Source of the DNA: Myxococcales bacterium
Lineage (GTDB): Bacteria > Myxococcota > Myxococcia > Myxococcales > Anaeromyxobacteraceae
Assembly: GCA_038320275.1 (NCBI GenBank)
Contig: JBBQEB010000002.1
Location: 19,473 to 83,472, forward strand
Length of the DNA: 64,000 nucleotides
Direction: 5' to 3'
Made by a program: the position numbers and the translations under genes. Within the stretch, counting starts at the first letter, position 1. Each line of letters begins with the position of its first letter. The notes under the pieces are model-generated. The model ran no database searches. It saw only the letters and a list, made by a program, of their open reading frames with translations, and was not told the DNA's origin. This document shows, one piece after another, positions 29,286 through 40,370 of this stretch.

Positions 29286-29426
29286 ACGGATGCGCGGCCC
29301 CCGCAACACAATCGGCGCAGGCCGCCCAGCACCGGATCGGGGCAGGAGAGGGCGGGTGCCCGGCTCCGCTCCGGAGCAGCGCGCGGGCTGCGACATCTCG
29401 TCAAGGGGCGAGCTCCCGCATCGCGC

Positions 29427-30761
29427 TCATTCGAGGCCGTACTCCTTCAGCTTGTCGTAGAGCGTCCGCAGGCCGATCCCGAGGTGGGCCGCGGTCCGCT
29501 TTCGGTGTCCACCATTCGCGGCGAGCACGCGGCGGATGGCCTCTTTTTCGAGATCCTGGAGGGTGCCGTCGAGGAGCAGGCCTGGGGAAGCGCCGGTCGG
29601 GAGGCGCGTGCGGAGGCCGAGCTCGGCCGCGCTGATCTCGTCGCCGTCCGCCAGGATCGCAGCCCGCTCGAGGACGTTCGCCAGCTCCCGAACGTTCCCG
29701 GGCCACCCGTACGCCTCCAGGCTCCGGAGCCCGGTCTCGTCGATGTGGAGCGACGGCTTGCCCATCCGGGCGCGGATCTCGGCGAGGAGCTCGGCGGCGA
29801 GCGGCAGGAGGTCCGCGCGACGCTCCCGGAGCGGAGGGACGGTGATCGGGAAGACGGCGAGCCGGTGGAACAGGTCCTCGCGGAACCGACCGGCCTGCAT
29901 TTCGGCACCGACGTCCCGGTTCGTCGCCGCGACGACGCGGACGTCCACCTCGACCGTCCTCGTGCCGCCGACGCGCTCGAACCGGCGCTCCTGGAGCACG
30001 CGGAGCAGCTTCACCTGCAGCGCCGGCTTCAGCTCGGCGATCTCGTCGAGGAACAGGGTCCCGCCGTCCGCGAGCTCGAAGCGTCCACGGTGTAGCGCGG
30101 CAGCGCCCGTGAACGCGCCCTTCTCGTGTCCGAACAGCTCGCTCTCGAGCAACGACTCCGAGAGCGCCCCGCAATTCACCGCGACGAACGGTGACTCGCG
30201 CCGGCGGCTCTCGAGGTGGAGCTGCCGCGCGACGACCTCCTTGCCGGTCCCGCTCTCCCCCAGGACGAGCACCGTCGCGTCGGTGGGGCCGACCTTGCGG
30301 ATCTGCTCCGCGAGCGCGACCGTCGCGGGATCGCGCGCCATCAGCCGCACGGGCGCGGGGAGGTGGGATCGCGCGCGCTGTCGGTCGTCGCGGAGCCGCC
30401 GGCGCTCCAGCGCGCGCGCCACGACGAGCCGGAGCTCGTCCGGTCCGCTCAGCGGCTTCGACAGGTAGTCGAACGCGCCGAGCTTCATCGCCTCCACCGC
30501 GGTCGAGACCGTCCCATGCGCCGTGAGGACGATGACCTCCATCGCCGGATGATCGCTGCGCGTCCTGCGCAGCAGCGTCATCCCGTCGAGGCGCGGCATC
30601 TTGAGGTCGGTGACGAGCAGGTGGAACGTGCGCTGCTCGAGGATCTCCGCCGCGCGCCCGCCGTCCTCCGCGAGCGTCACCTGGAGCCCATCGCCGCCGA
30701 GCACCTCGGCGATGAACGTCCGGATCCCCTCCTCATCGTCCACGACGAGAACGCGCTCCAA
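29427..30761 (-). CDS. sigma54-dependent response regulator (NtrC/ZraR family)
   Basis: REC domain (VVDDE, DLKMP), [27 protein letters not shown], Fis HTH. Confidence 0.97.
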   Translation of the reverse strand: MERVLVVDDEEGIRTFIAEVLGGDGLQVTLAEDGGRAAEILEQRTFHLLVTDLKMPRLDGMTLLRRTRSDHPAMEVIVLTAHGTVSTAVEAMKLGAFDYLSKPLSGPDELRLVVARALERRRLRDDRQRARSHLPAPVRLMARDPATVALAEQIRKVGPTDATVLVLGESGTGKEVVARQLHLESRRRESPFVAVNCGALSESLLESELFGHEKGAFTGAAALHRGRFELADGGTLFLDEIAELKPALQVKLLRVLQERRFERVGGTRTVEVDVRVVAATNRDVGAEMQAGRFREDLFHRLAVFPITVPPLRERRADLLPLAAELLAEIRARMGKPSLHIDETGLRSLEAYGWPGNVRELANVLERAAILADGDEISAAELGLRTRLPTGASPGLLLDGTLQDLEKEAIRRVLAANGGHRKRTAAHLGIGLRTLYDKLKEYGLE

Positions 30762-30762
30762 C

Positions 30763-32100
30763 TCACCCTCCCGACGCCATCGGTCCCGTCCCGCGCGGCA
30801 GGTCCACTCGAAACACCGCGCCGCCGCCGGCGTGGTTCTCGGCCGAGATCTCGCCGCCGTGCGCCTCGACGACGCGCCGCGCGAGCGTCAGGCCGAGCCC
30901 CGTCCCCTTCGCCCGCGTGGTGAAAAAGGGCTCGAAGATGCGCTCCAGGTCGTCCCGGGCGATGCCGGATCCGTGATCGCGGACCTCGAAGACGAGGCGG
31001 TCCACCCCTGGTGTCGAGACGGTCAGGCCCACGCTGCCGGGCGCCGGGGAGCACTCGCGCGCATTGCGCAGGAGGTTCACCAGCACGGATTCGATGCGCA
31101 CCTCGTCCAGGACCCACGCTGGCACAATGCCCTCCGCCCTGACCTGGACGCCGTCGCCCACGGTCGCCGCGGCGGAGCGCGCGACCGCCATCGGGTCCGC
31201 CAGCGCTCGTTCGACCCTGCCGCTCTTCACGAAGTCGAGGATGTTGCTGGCCAGGTCCTCGAGCCGGATCGCCTCGCGCACGACCGTGTCCGCGGAGCGG
31301 TGCGCGGGGTGCTCCTGCGGGAGCCGCTCCGCGAGCAGCTGCGCGTGTCCCTTCAGCGCGGCGAGGGGATTGCGGAGCTCGTGCCCGAGGAGCGCCGACA
31401 TCTCTCCGAGTGCCGCGAGGCGCCGGTCGCGCTCTGCGGCCGCTGCACGCTCCTGCGCCTCGCGGGAGACGCGCCAGAAGAACACGGCGGCGCCGAGGAG
31501 GATCACCGCGGCGGCGCAGCTCAGGACCAACATCACCGCAGCGCGCGAGACCGTCTCGTTGGCGGTGACGGACTCGATCTCGAGCACGAGGCGATCGCGC
31601 GCGAGGGCCATCCAGCGGCGGCCGTGAATGGGACTGCGTGGCCCGCGCTGCACGAGCGAGGTCTCGAGGCGGACCCACGTCCCGTCGCGTGCGGCCCGCA
31701 GCGTCGATCCGTCCGAGAGGACCTCGGGGCCGAGCAACACCGCGGCGGGCCCGCTCACCCCGGCCGCCGAGCGCGGAGCCTCGCCGGCTTCGCCCTGGAC
31801 GGCGACGTACCTCAGGCCCTGAGGCTCCAGGCTGGCGAGCACGGACTGGAGCGCGTCCACCTCCACGCTGTCCGCTGCCGCGATCGCCTGGCGCGCGGAG
31901 AACACGGTCCCGACGGCGAGCGCGCGCGTCACCGCCGCCCCCGTCGAACGCGCGTGAACCCACGCGGACACGCCGCTCACCACGAGCGCAGCGGCCGTGA
32001 CCACCGCCGTGAGCAGGAGCCCCCACCGCGCCGCGTGCGGCGAGCCCCGGACGAGGCGGACGAGGCGCAAAGGGCGGCTACCTCGGTGCGCCTCCTCCAT
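30763..32100 (-). CDS. sensor histidine kinase (ZraS-like)
   Basis: Two TM helices, HELRNPL H-box, NLLRNA, DHGSG, FFTT and GTGLGL boxes. Confidence 0.95.
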   Translation of the reverse strand: MEEAHRGSRPLRLVRLVRGSPHAARWGLLLTAVVTAAALVVSGVSAWVHARSTGAAVTRALAVGTVFSARQAIAAADSVEVDALQSVLASLEPQGLRYVAVQGEAGEAPRSAAGVSGPAAVLLGPEVLSDGSTLRAARDGTWVRLETSLVQRGPRSPIHGRRWMALARDRLVLEIESVTANETVSRAAVMLVLSCAAAVILLGAAVFFWRVSREAQERAAAAERDRRLAALGEMSALLGHELRNPLAALKGHAQLLAERLPQEHPAHRSADTVVREAIRLEDLASNILDFVKSGRVERALADPMAVARSAAATVGDGVQVRAEGIVPAWVLDEVRIESVLVNLLRNARECSPAPGSVGLTVSTPGVDRLVFEVRDHGSGIARDDLERIFEPFFTTRAKGTGLGLTLARRVVEAHGGEISAENHAGGGAVFRVDLPRGTGPMASGG

Positions 32101-32132
32101 GAGCCCTCACCATCGCGCCACGTCGCTCGTCG

Positions 32133-32705
32133 TCAGGAACCGTGGCGGTGTCCGCGGCCCTGGCCGCCTCCACAACCCTCGCCGCCGTGGCCGCTGCCGC
32201 CGCACCACCCGCCGCCGCATGCGCCGCCGTGGCCAGCACCGCCGCAGTCGCCGCCGCCATTCTGGGCACAGGCCGCCCCAGACTGGCAACCGCCGCCCGG
32301 GCCCCGGCCACCCGCCGGGCTCGCCGCCTGCATCGTCTGGCGCTGCGCCGGCGTGAGGACGCCGAGCGACGCGAGGCGGAAGCTCGTACGCAGGTCGAGC
32401 ATGTGCTTACGAAGCTCGGCCGCCTGCGCTTGCTTCGACGCGATCGCCTGCCGGTCGGGCTGCGGCGCGCTCCAGAGCTCCCGCAGCTCGCTCGACCTCG
32501 CCGACAGCTGTTCACGCAGCGGGACCACCTTCCGGTCGACCTCGTCTCGAAGATCGGAGACCTTCTTCTGCTGGTCGGCAGTCAGGTCCAGGCCTGCGAA
32601 CGGCGCCCGCCCTGCGCCGGGCCCGCGCCAGCCCTGGGCAGCGGTCGGTCTTGCCCCGACGAGCACGAGCGCAGCGACGACTCCGAGTACGGTTGCACTT
32701 TTCAT
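32133..32705 (-). CDS. periplasmic Spy/CpxP/ZraP-family protein with Cys/His/Gly-rich tail
   Basis: Signal peptide, two LTxxQ motifs (LTADQ, LTPAQ), tail with 6 Cys and 4 His. Confidence 0.85.
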   Translation of the reverse strand: MKSATVLGVVAALVLVGARPTAAQGWRGPGAGRAPFAGLDLTADQQKKVSDLRDEVDRKVVPLREQLSARSSELRELWSAPQPDRQAIASKQAQAAELRKHMLDLRTSFRLASLGVLTPAQRQTMQAASPAGGRGPGGGCQSGAACAQNGGGDCGGAGHGGACGGGWCGGSGHGGEGCGGGQGRGHRHGS

Positions 32706-32774
32706 GGGTGTGGCCCTCACATGGACCGCGAGGTTGCCCGCCATGAGCAAACGTCGGTCCTCAGGGGCTACGAG

Positions 32775-32790
32775 AGCAAAGGGCGTGCCG
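32775..32790 (-). promoter_or_regulatory. sigma54 (-24/-12) promoter of the Spy/CpxP-HK-RR operon
   Basis: Minus strand CGGCACGCCCTTTGCT versus consensus TGGCACG-N4-TTGCW; 70 bp upstream of the ATG. Confidence 0.8.
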
Positions 32791-32852
32791 CGCCGTCAGG
32801 GCGCGAAACGTCACGCATCACTGCAGGTCGATCCCCGCCACGGCGCACCCGG

Positions 32853-32889
32853 CTGCGGATTCCGCAGTCCAGCGCATGCGGGATCCGCC
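32853..32889. promoter_or_regulatory. tandem palindromic enhancer (bEBP) sites
   Basis: Perfect CTGCGGA-T-TCCGCAG plus degenerate TGCGGGATCCGCC 23 bp away, 60-100 bp upstream of the sigma54 site. Confidence 0.6.
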
Positions 32890-32927
32890 CGGCGGTCTGC
32901 ATCGCGCAGCTGGGCCGACGCCATACC

Positions 32928-33647
32928 TCACCGGGCCCGCGCCGCGCTGCCCCGGGGCGCTCGTGCGAGCCACGACGCACCGCCCACGACGAGCAGCGCC
33001 CACGCGGCGCCGGCGCACTCGCCGGCGAGGACGTCACTCGGATAATGAACCCCGAGGTAGACGCGCGAGGCGCCGATCGCGGCGAGGAGAAGCAACGTGC
33101 ACGCGCCGATGAGCAGGCGATCCGCGGCGCGCCGTGCCACGGCGGCGAGGAGAAGCGCCGCCGTCCCGTAGATCGCGGCGCTCGCCAGCGCATGCCCGCT
33201 CGGATACGACGGTCCGGCGGCGTGCGCGATCGCGAACACGTCCAGGGGACGTTCGCGCCCGAACACGCGCTTCAGCGATGGCGTCCAGACACCGGCGCCC
33301 ACCCCCGCTGCGACCAGCGTCCACGCGGCGCGTCGCCTGCGCGTCCTCCACAGCGCCACGGTGAGCAGCACCGCCACGGGCGCGAGGACCACGGGTGACC
33401 CCAGCGCGGTCACGTCGAGCGCCGCCGTCGTGAGGGCAGGCGTGCGGAACGCCGCAACGGCGACGAGGACGCGCCGGTCGGCCGCCGCGAGGGCATGCTC
33501 CGCGACCTCCTCCGAGATCGCGACGAACGAGGAGACGAGCGCGAGGGCGAGCCCGACCGCCACGAGGATCGGCGCGTGCCGCTTCAGCCCGGCGCGCCCG
33601 CCGCCGTGCCGGGGACCCGGCGCAGAGCGCTGGAGGTCGCTCGTCAC
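32928..33647 (-). CDS. PAP2 family membrane phosphatase
   Basis: KRVFGRERP, YPSGH and SRVYLGVHYPSD motifs. Confidence 0.9.
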   Translation of the reverse strand: MTSDLQRSAPGPRHGGGRAGLKRHAPILVAVGLALALVSSFVAISEEVAEHALAAADRRVLVAVAAFRTPALTTAALDVTALGSPVVLAPVAVLLTVALWRTRRRRAAWTLVAAGVGAGVWTPSLKRVFGRERPLDVFAIAHAAGPSYPSGHALASAAIYGTAALLLAAVARRAADRLLIGACTLLLLAAIGASRVYLGVHYPSDVLAGECAGAAWALLVVGGASWLARAPRGSAARAR

Positions 33648-33654
33648 CGCGCGA

Positions 33655-34488
33655 TCACGCGAACGGCGCCGTGGCCTGAACGGCGGCGCTGCGCCACCCG
33701 TCCGCCTCGCGCACGTACGACCGCCGCTGCGTGGTCGCGAAGCCCCCACCCGCGTAGCTGCGGACCGCGAGCTCCAGGCGACCGTCGGCGATCTGGATCC
33801 AGTTGTAGGAGTTCGGGTCGCCCCGGAGACGCACCGACGTTGCGCTGCCGGCGTGGACCACGAGCACGGATCGGGCGAGGCGCGCCGTCGCGTGGTCGAG
33901 CTCCCCATGGGACGGCCGGTGCAGGTGCCCGGTGAGGACGATGTCCAGCCCACACGCGGTGAGCGCCTGCAGCGCTCGACTGCTGCGTCCCGCGACGCGC
34001 CGCAGCGGGAGGTCGGCCGGGGCGCCGAGCGGGTGATGCGCGACGAGGACCCGGACGCGCTCCCCCGGCCGGCGACCGCACAGCTCCTGCCGCAGGGCCT
34101 CGATCTGCTCGAGCGAGACGCGCCCCTCCTTCCAGGTCGAGGCGCGCGCGGTCGACACGCCCGCGACGACGAGCTCGTCGTCGGCGAAGACGGGCGCGAG
34201 CTCGGCGGTGACGAGGCGCCGGTAGCGACCGAGCGGCGAGGTGAAGCGGCGCACGACGTCGAAGAGGGGCACGTCGTGGTTCCCGGGCACGACCACGAGT
34301 GGCGCAGGGATGCGGTCCAGGAACGCGCGCGCGGCATTGAACTGGGACGGACGCGCGCGTTGCGTGAGGTCGCCGCTGACGGCGACGACCGAGGGCCGGA
34401 GCGCCTCGAGATCGGCGAGGAGCGCCGCGACGGCCGCGGGATCCTCCCGTCCGAAGTGCAGGTCCGACAGGTGGGCGATGGTCCTCAT
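33655..34488 (-). CDS. calcineurin-like metallophosphoesterase (CpdA/Icc-like)
   Basis: SDLHFG, SGDLT, PGNHD, HH and GHLH motifs. Confidence 0.92.
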   Translation of the reverse strand: MRTIAHLSDLHFGREDPAAVAALLADLEALRPSVVAVSGDLTQRARPSQFNAARAFLDRIPAPLVVVPGNHDVPLFDVVRRFTSPLGRYRRLVTAELAPVFADDELVVAGVSTARASTWKEGRVSLEQIEALRQELCGRRPGERVRVLVAHHPLGAPADLPLRRVAGRSSRALQALTACGLDIVLTGHLHRPSHGELDHATARLARSVLVVHAGSATSVRLRGDPNSYNWIQIADGRLELAVRSYAGGGFATTQRRSYVREADGWRSAAVQATAPFA

Positions 34489-35417
34489 CCCTGCGGGTCC
34501 GGCGCGAGCACGCGCAGCGCACCGGGGCGGATCCGGTAGCGGATGGGAGGGCGCAGTCGCCGCACCTCGCCATCGAGGGCGACCCAGACCATCCCCCGGT
34601 GCGACTCGAGCGTGACCTCCCCGAGCTCGAGCGCGTCGAGGTCGCGCTCGTCGAGGCGCCCGAGCGCGGCGCGCGCGGCGACCCGGAGGAGCCCCATGCG
34701 CGTGTGCTCGCGGCCGACGAACACGCCGAGGACGCCCGCGTCGAGCGCCGCGCGGCGCTGGGTCGCGAGCAGCGCCGTGTCGTAGCGGTTGTTCCCGACG
34801 AAGACGAACGTCGTCCGCCGCGCGGCGGCACCGCCTTCCCAGCGGAGCCGCAAGGACACGGGCTGCAGCCGCGCGACGACCGCTGCTGCGGCCAACGCCG
34901 TCGCGAGCCACTTCACGCCGCCGAGGCGTTCGAGGAGCCGTTCACGCTGGCGCACGACCCGCGGGTAGATCCCGACGGACGCGTTGTTGACGAACAGGAG
35001 CCCGTTCACCTCGCCGACGTCGATGCGGCGGACGCGCGCGCGGGCGAGCGCGACCGCTGCATCCTCGATCGAAGGCGGCATGCCGAGATCCTTCGCGAAG
35101 TGGTTGAGCGTGCCTGCGGGCAGGACGCCGAGGACCTTGTCGGTCCCGGCGACGACGCCCGCGACCGCGCTCACGGTCCCATCCCCGCCCGCGGCGATGA
35201 TGGCGCCGCAGGCTGCGTCCGCGGCCGCGCGCCGGGCGGCGCCCACGATGTCGCGTCCGTGCGCGGGCCAGAGCGTCGCCCGGATGCTTGCCGCCGCCAG
35301 GGCGGCGCGGACGCGCTCGACGGTGTCGCGGCTCTTTCGAGACCCGGCCCCTTCGTTGACGACGACGCCCACGTGCCCGAGCGGCTCACCGGGCGCGCCT
35401 CCCGACCCCACGTCCAT
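34485..35417 (-). CDS. diacylglycerol/lipid kinase family protein (YegS-like)
   Basis: AGGDGT, LPAGTLNHFA, FVNN, LDGE; stop overlaps the phosphoesterase start. Confidence 0.9.
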   Translation of the reverse strand: MDVGSGGAPGEPLGHVGVVVNEGAGSRKSRDTVERVRAALAAASIRATLWPAHGRDIVGAARRAAADAACGAIIAAGGDGTVSAVAGVVAGTDKVLGVLPAGTLNHFAKDLGMPPSIEDAAVALARARVRRIDVGEVNGLLFVNNASVGIYPRVVRQRERLLERLGGVKWLATALAAAAVVARLQPVSLRLRWEGGAAARRTTFVFVGNNRYDTALLATQRRAALDAGVLGVFVGREHTRMGLLRVAARAALGRLDERDLDALELGEVTLESHRGMVWVALDGEVRRLRPPIRYRIRPGALRVLAPDPQG

Positions 35418-35517
35418 CGAGCTACCTTCCGCGCGCACACCCGCAACGTAGCGCGCGCCAGTGTGGTCCGCCGCCCGTCGCGCAGGTCGAGGCGACCGCC
35501 GCACCCGCCGCCACACC

Positions 35518-35744
35518 TCACCCACCGAGCTTCGTGAGCACGAACGCGGAGAGGAAGCCCGACACCGTCACGAGCCCGGTGAGCAGGTGCGTCTCCTCGA
35601 ACGCCTCAGGGATCATGGTGTCTGCAAGTATCGCGAGGATCGCGCCCGCGGCGACGGCGTCGTCCCGCCGACGACGTCCTGCGAGAGCCCGCGAAAGAGC
35701 GCGTACCCCGCGAGCGAGGCGACGCCGGAGATGACGGTGATCGC
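35518..35744 (-). pseudogene. frameshifted C-terminal remnant of a ZIP-family metal transporter
   Basis: AITVISGVASLAGYALFRGLSQDVVGGTT, then a frame change near 35659, then AVAAGAILAILADTMIPEAFEETHLLTGLVTVSGFLSAFVLTKLGG*. Confidence 0.75.
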
Positions 35745-35823
35745 GCTCGTCGTGACCGCGACGTTCCTGACGGCCGGGACGACAGCGGGTCTCATCGCGC
35801 TCGGGGTCTTCGTCGCCTACCAG
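35745..35823 (+). pseudogene. short internal fragment resembling an AI-2E (PerM) family transporter
   Basis: LVVTATFLTAGTTAGLIALGVFVAYQ resembles the helix before the AI-2E YQQxEN motif; no start or continuation. Confidence 0.4.
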
Positions 35824-35882
35824 CGCAGGCGCGCGGCGGGTGACCAACCCGTGCTCACGGACCCGGACTCCCCGGCGTCGCG

Positions 35883-36836
35883 TCAAGGGGCGGCCGCAGT
35901 AGACGGACCGTGTGGCGCGCCGGGAACTTCGCCTCGTTTCCGAGGGCCGCCGGATGCGGCCTCGATGAAGATGCGCCTCGCGCGCGGCTCCGCCTCGCGT
36001 ATCAGGCGCTCGACGCGCTGGATCGCCTCCTCGATCGCGGCGCCGGGCTGGAAGGCGATCTCGCAGTTGACGAGGATCTCGCCCGGCGCGAGCTGCAGGG
36101 TCCAGATCCCCCCCACGCCGACGACGGCGCGCTCGCGCGCGATCGAGCGCCTCATGCGCTCGACGCTCTCCTTCCCGGCGCTCTCGCCGACCAGCAGGCT
36201 CCGGCTCTCGCGCGCGAGGAGCAGGGCGACGCCCATGAGGAGCACGCCGATGCACAACGACGCGATGGCGTCGAGGGCAGGCGCGCCGAACACGTGCCCA
36301 CCGAGCACGCCGAGGAAGGCGATGACGAGGCCGATGAGCGCGGCCGAATCCTCCACGACCACGGTCAAGATCAACGGGTCCTTCGATTCCCGAAAGGTGC
36401 GCCAGTAGGATCGGCCGCCACGCTGGGCGCCCAGCTTCCGCAACGCCACGACCCACGAGACGCTCTCGAAGACGGCGGATGCTGCGAGGACCACGTAGCT
36501 CCAGGTCGGGTCCTCGAGCGTCGCCCCCGAGCCCAGCCTCCGGACGCCCTCGTAAAACGACACGCCGCCGCCGACGCCGAAGATGAGGAGCGAGACGACG
36601 AGCGTCCAGAAATAGAGCTCGTGCCCGTACCCGAAAGGATGTTCGTCATCCGCAGGCTTCTTGCTCCGCTGCTCCCCGAACAGCAGCAGAACCTGGTCGG
36701 CGGTGTCGACGAGCGAATGAATCCCCTCGGAGAGCATCGCCGAGCTGTGCGTGACGGCAGCCGCGAGGAACTTCATCACGGCGATGGCGAGGTTCGCCAC
36801 CCCGGCGACGATGACGGCGGTTCTCGATTCTTCCAT
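35883..36836 (-). CDS. cation diffusion facilitator (CDF) family transporter
   Basis: SSAMLSEGIHSLVD, HPFGYG.E.YFW, EDSAAL; C-terminal cytosolic domain. Confidence 0.93.
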   Translation of the reverse strand: MEESRTAVIVAGVANLAIAVMKFLAAAVTHSSAMLSEGIHSLVDTADQVLLLFGEQRSKKPADDEHPFGYGHELYFWTLVVSLLIFGVGGGVSFYEGVRRLGSGATLEDPTWSYVVLAASAVFESVSWVVALRKLGAQRGGRSYWRTFRESKDPLILTVVVEDSAALIGLVIAFLGVLGGHVFGAPALDAIASLCIGVLLMGVALLLARESRSLLVGESAGKESVERMRRSIARERAVVGVGGIWTLQLAPGEILVNCEIAFQPGAAIEEAIQRVERLIREAEPRARRIFIEAASGGPRKRGEVPGAPHGPSTAAAP

Positions 36837-37020
36837 TCTCCGTGCCCCGGCGCGATGCGCGCGGGCGCTCCGCGCGCTCGGTGTGACTTCACATAACTCC
36901 ATCGATGCGCAGCGCGACCGATCTCGAGACGCTCGTCTCACGGCTCAGCACGGTCTCCGGAGGCCGCAAACGCGACGACTCCGTCGAGGAACGGCAGCGT
37001 CGCGGCACGGCAAGCACCGC

Positions 37021-37161
37021 GCGGGCGCGCCCGGGCTCCGCGAGCGCGCGGGGAACACCAGCGCGCGCCTCGCCCACCGCCAGGGCCGCCGCGCGCGCAT
37101 CCTCCGCGTCCGCCAGAACCTCCTCGATCTGCGGCGCACCTCGGCCCTCCAGAACCTGGAA
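37021..37161 (+). mobile_element. degraded transposase C-terminal remnant (IS1182-like DDE)
   Basis: LRER...RLAHRQGRRARILRVRQNLLDLRRTSALQNLE resembles the tail of IS1182/DDE_Tnp_1_6-type transposases; the EH motif appears out of frame. Confidence 0.55.
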
Positions 37162-37247
37162 GAGTGCACGGCTCCGCCCGCTGCCCCATCCGCGCTGGTC
37201 CAGCGCGGATGGGGCGCGACGAGATCTCTTTCGAGCTGCCCGGTGTT

Positions 37248-38960
<1,713 letters not shown>

Positions 38961-39162
38961 GTTCGCTCCTGGTGCATCGACCAGCTCGTGCGGGCTGGCA
39001 GGGTTGGCCGGGTGGGCCAGACTCCGAGGGTTTCCGGGGAGTTAATCTGTTTTCACCCCGTAAATCCACCCCGTCTGGCGAGCGAATTGCCGCAGAGCGT
39101 TGCAAGGGCCTGAACTCCCGGGAGATGGATGTTTTGAAGCGCCCCCAACGGGTGCCCGAAGC

Positions 39163-39702
39163 TCAAGGCCCAAACATCGCCCGGACCACCAGGACCGACG
39201 CCGCGAAGCCGGCCAGGTCGGCGAGAAGCGCCGCCGGGAGGGCGTGGCGGTAACGGCGGATTCCCACCGCGCCCATGTAGACGGCGAGGACGTAGAAGGT
39301 GGTCTCGGTGGAGCCTGCCATCACCGAGGCGAGCCGACCGGCGTAGCTGTCGGCGCCGTCGGCGCGCAGCACCTCTCCCACCACGCCCAGTGCCCCGCCG
39401 CCCGAGAGTGGGCGGATGACGAGGAGCGGAACCACCGAGGCGGGGATCCCGAGCCGCGAGGTGAGCGGCTCCACCGCCGCCCCGAAGGCGCCCAGCGCCC
39501 CGGAGGCGCGCAGGAGCCCGAGCGCCACGAAGACCGCGACGAGCGGGGGGATGACCCGCACCGCCACCGCGAAGCCCTCCTTCGCGCCCTCCAGGAAGAC
39601 CGGGTAGACCTTCACGCCACGCGCGAGCCCGAGGAGCGGGATGCCCGCGACGAGCACCGGCACGGTCCAGATCGAGAGCGCGTCGAGTGCGGCGCGCAGC
39701 AC
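39163..39702 (-). CDS. spmB: spore maturation protein B (nucleoside recognition gate)
   Basis: FLEGAKEG, IRPLSGGG, GSTETTFYVLAVY. Confidence 0.9.
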   Translation of the reverse strand: MLRAALDALSIWTVPVLVAGIPLLGLARGVKVYPVFLEGAKEGFAVAVRVIPPLVAVFVALGLLRASGALGAFGAAVEPLTSRLGIPASVVPLLVIRPLSGGGALGVVGEVLRADGADSYAGRLASVMAGSTETTFYVLAVYMGAVGIRRYRHALPAALLADLAGFAASVLVVRAMFGP

Positions 39703-39703
39703 C

Positions 39704-40297
39704 TCAGGGCTCCGGCGCCGGCGCCGGGAAGAACCTCGCCAGGAGCTTCGCGGAGGCCACCGCGGCCAGCGCGGCGCATGCGGTCGCGACCAGCGTGGGC
39801 CCGATGACGTCGCCCGGTGCCCTCGACCCGGCCGCGGCGCGGAGCGCGAGCACCGTGGTGGGGACGAGCTGGAGCGAGGCGGTGTTGAGCGCGCAGAACA
39901 GCACCTGCGCGTTCGAGGCGACGCCCTTGCGCGGGTTGAGCTCGTCGAGCGCGCGCATGGCGGCGAGGCCGAAGGGGGTGGCGGCGTTGCCGAGCCCCAG
40001 CAGGTTGGCGCCGACGTTCATCACCATGGCGCCGGCAGCGGGATGGCCGGGCGGGACCTCGGGGAAGAGCAGCCGCAGCAGCGGCCGCGCGGCGAAGGCG
40101 AGCCCGCGCACGAGCCCCGCCTCCTCGGCCACCTTCATGAGCCCGAGCCAGAGGGACATCACCCCGGCGAGGCCGAGCGACAGGGTCACCGCGCCCTGGG
40201 CCGAGGACGCCAGCGCGAGGGTGAGGTCGCCCATCCTGCCTCCCAGCGCCGCGGCGGCGAAGGAGGCGGCGAGGAGCAGGACCCAGACGATGCTCAT
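39704..40297 (-). CDS. spmA: spore maturation protein A (nucleoside recognition gate)
   Basis: LWLGLMKVAE, LFPEVP..HPA, ANLLGLGNAATP.G. Confidence 0.9.
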   Translation of the reverse strand: MSIVWVLLLAASFAAAALGGRMGDLTLALASSAQGAVTLSLGLAGVMSLWLGLMKVAEEAGLVRGLAFAARPLLRLLFPEVPPGHPAAGAMVMNVGANLLGLGNAATPFGLAAMRALDELNPRKGVASNAQVLFCALNTASLQLVPTTVLALRAAAGSRAPGDVIGPTLVATACAALAAVASAKLLARFFPAPAPEP

Positions 40298-40370
40298 GGA
40301 TCGATTGTCGATGCGGGCCGGGGCGGGCGCGAGTTTTGGGTTAAGAGAGCGCGCGGGGGAGAACGGACGG

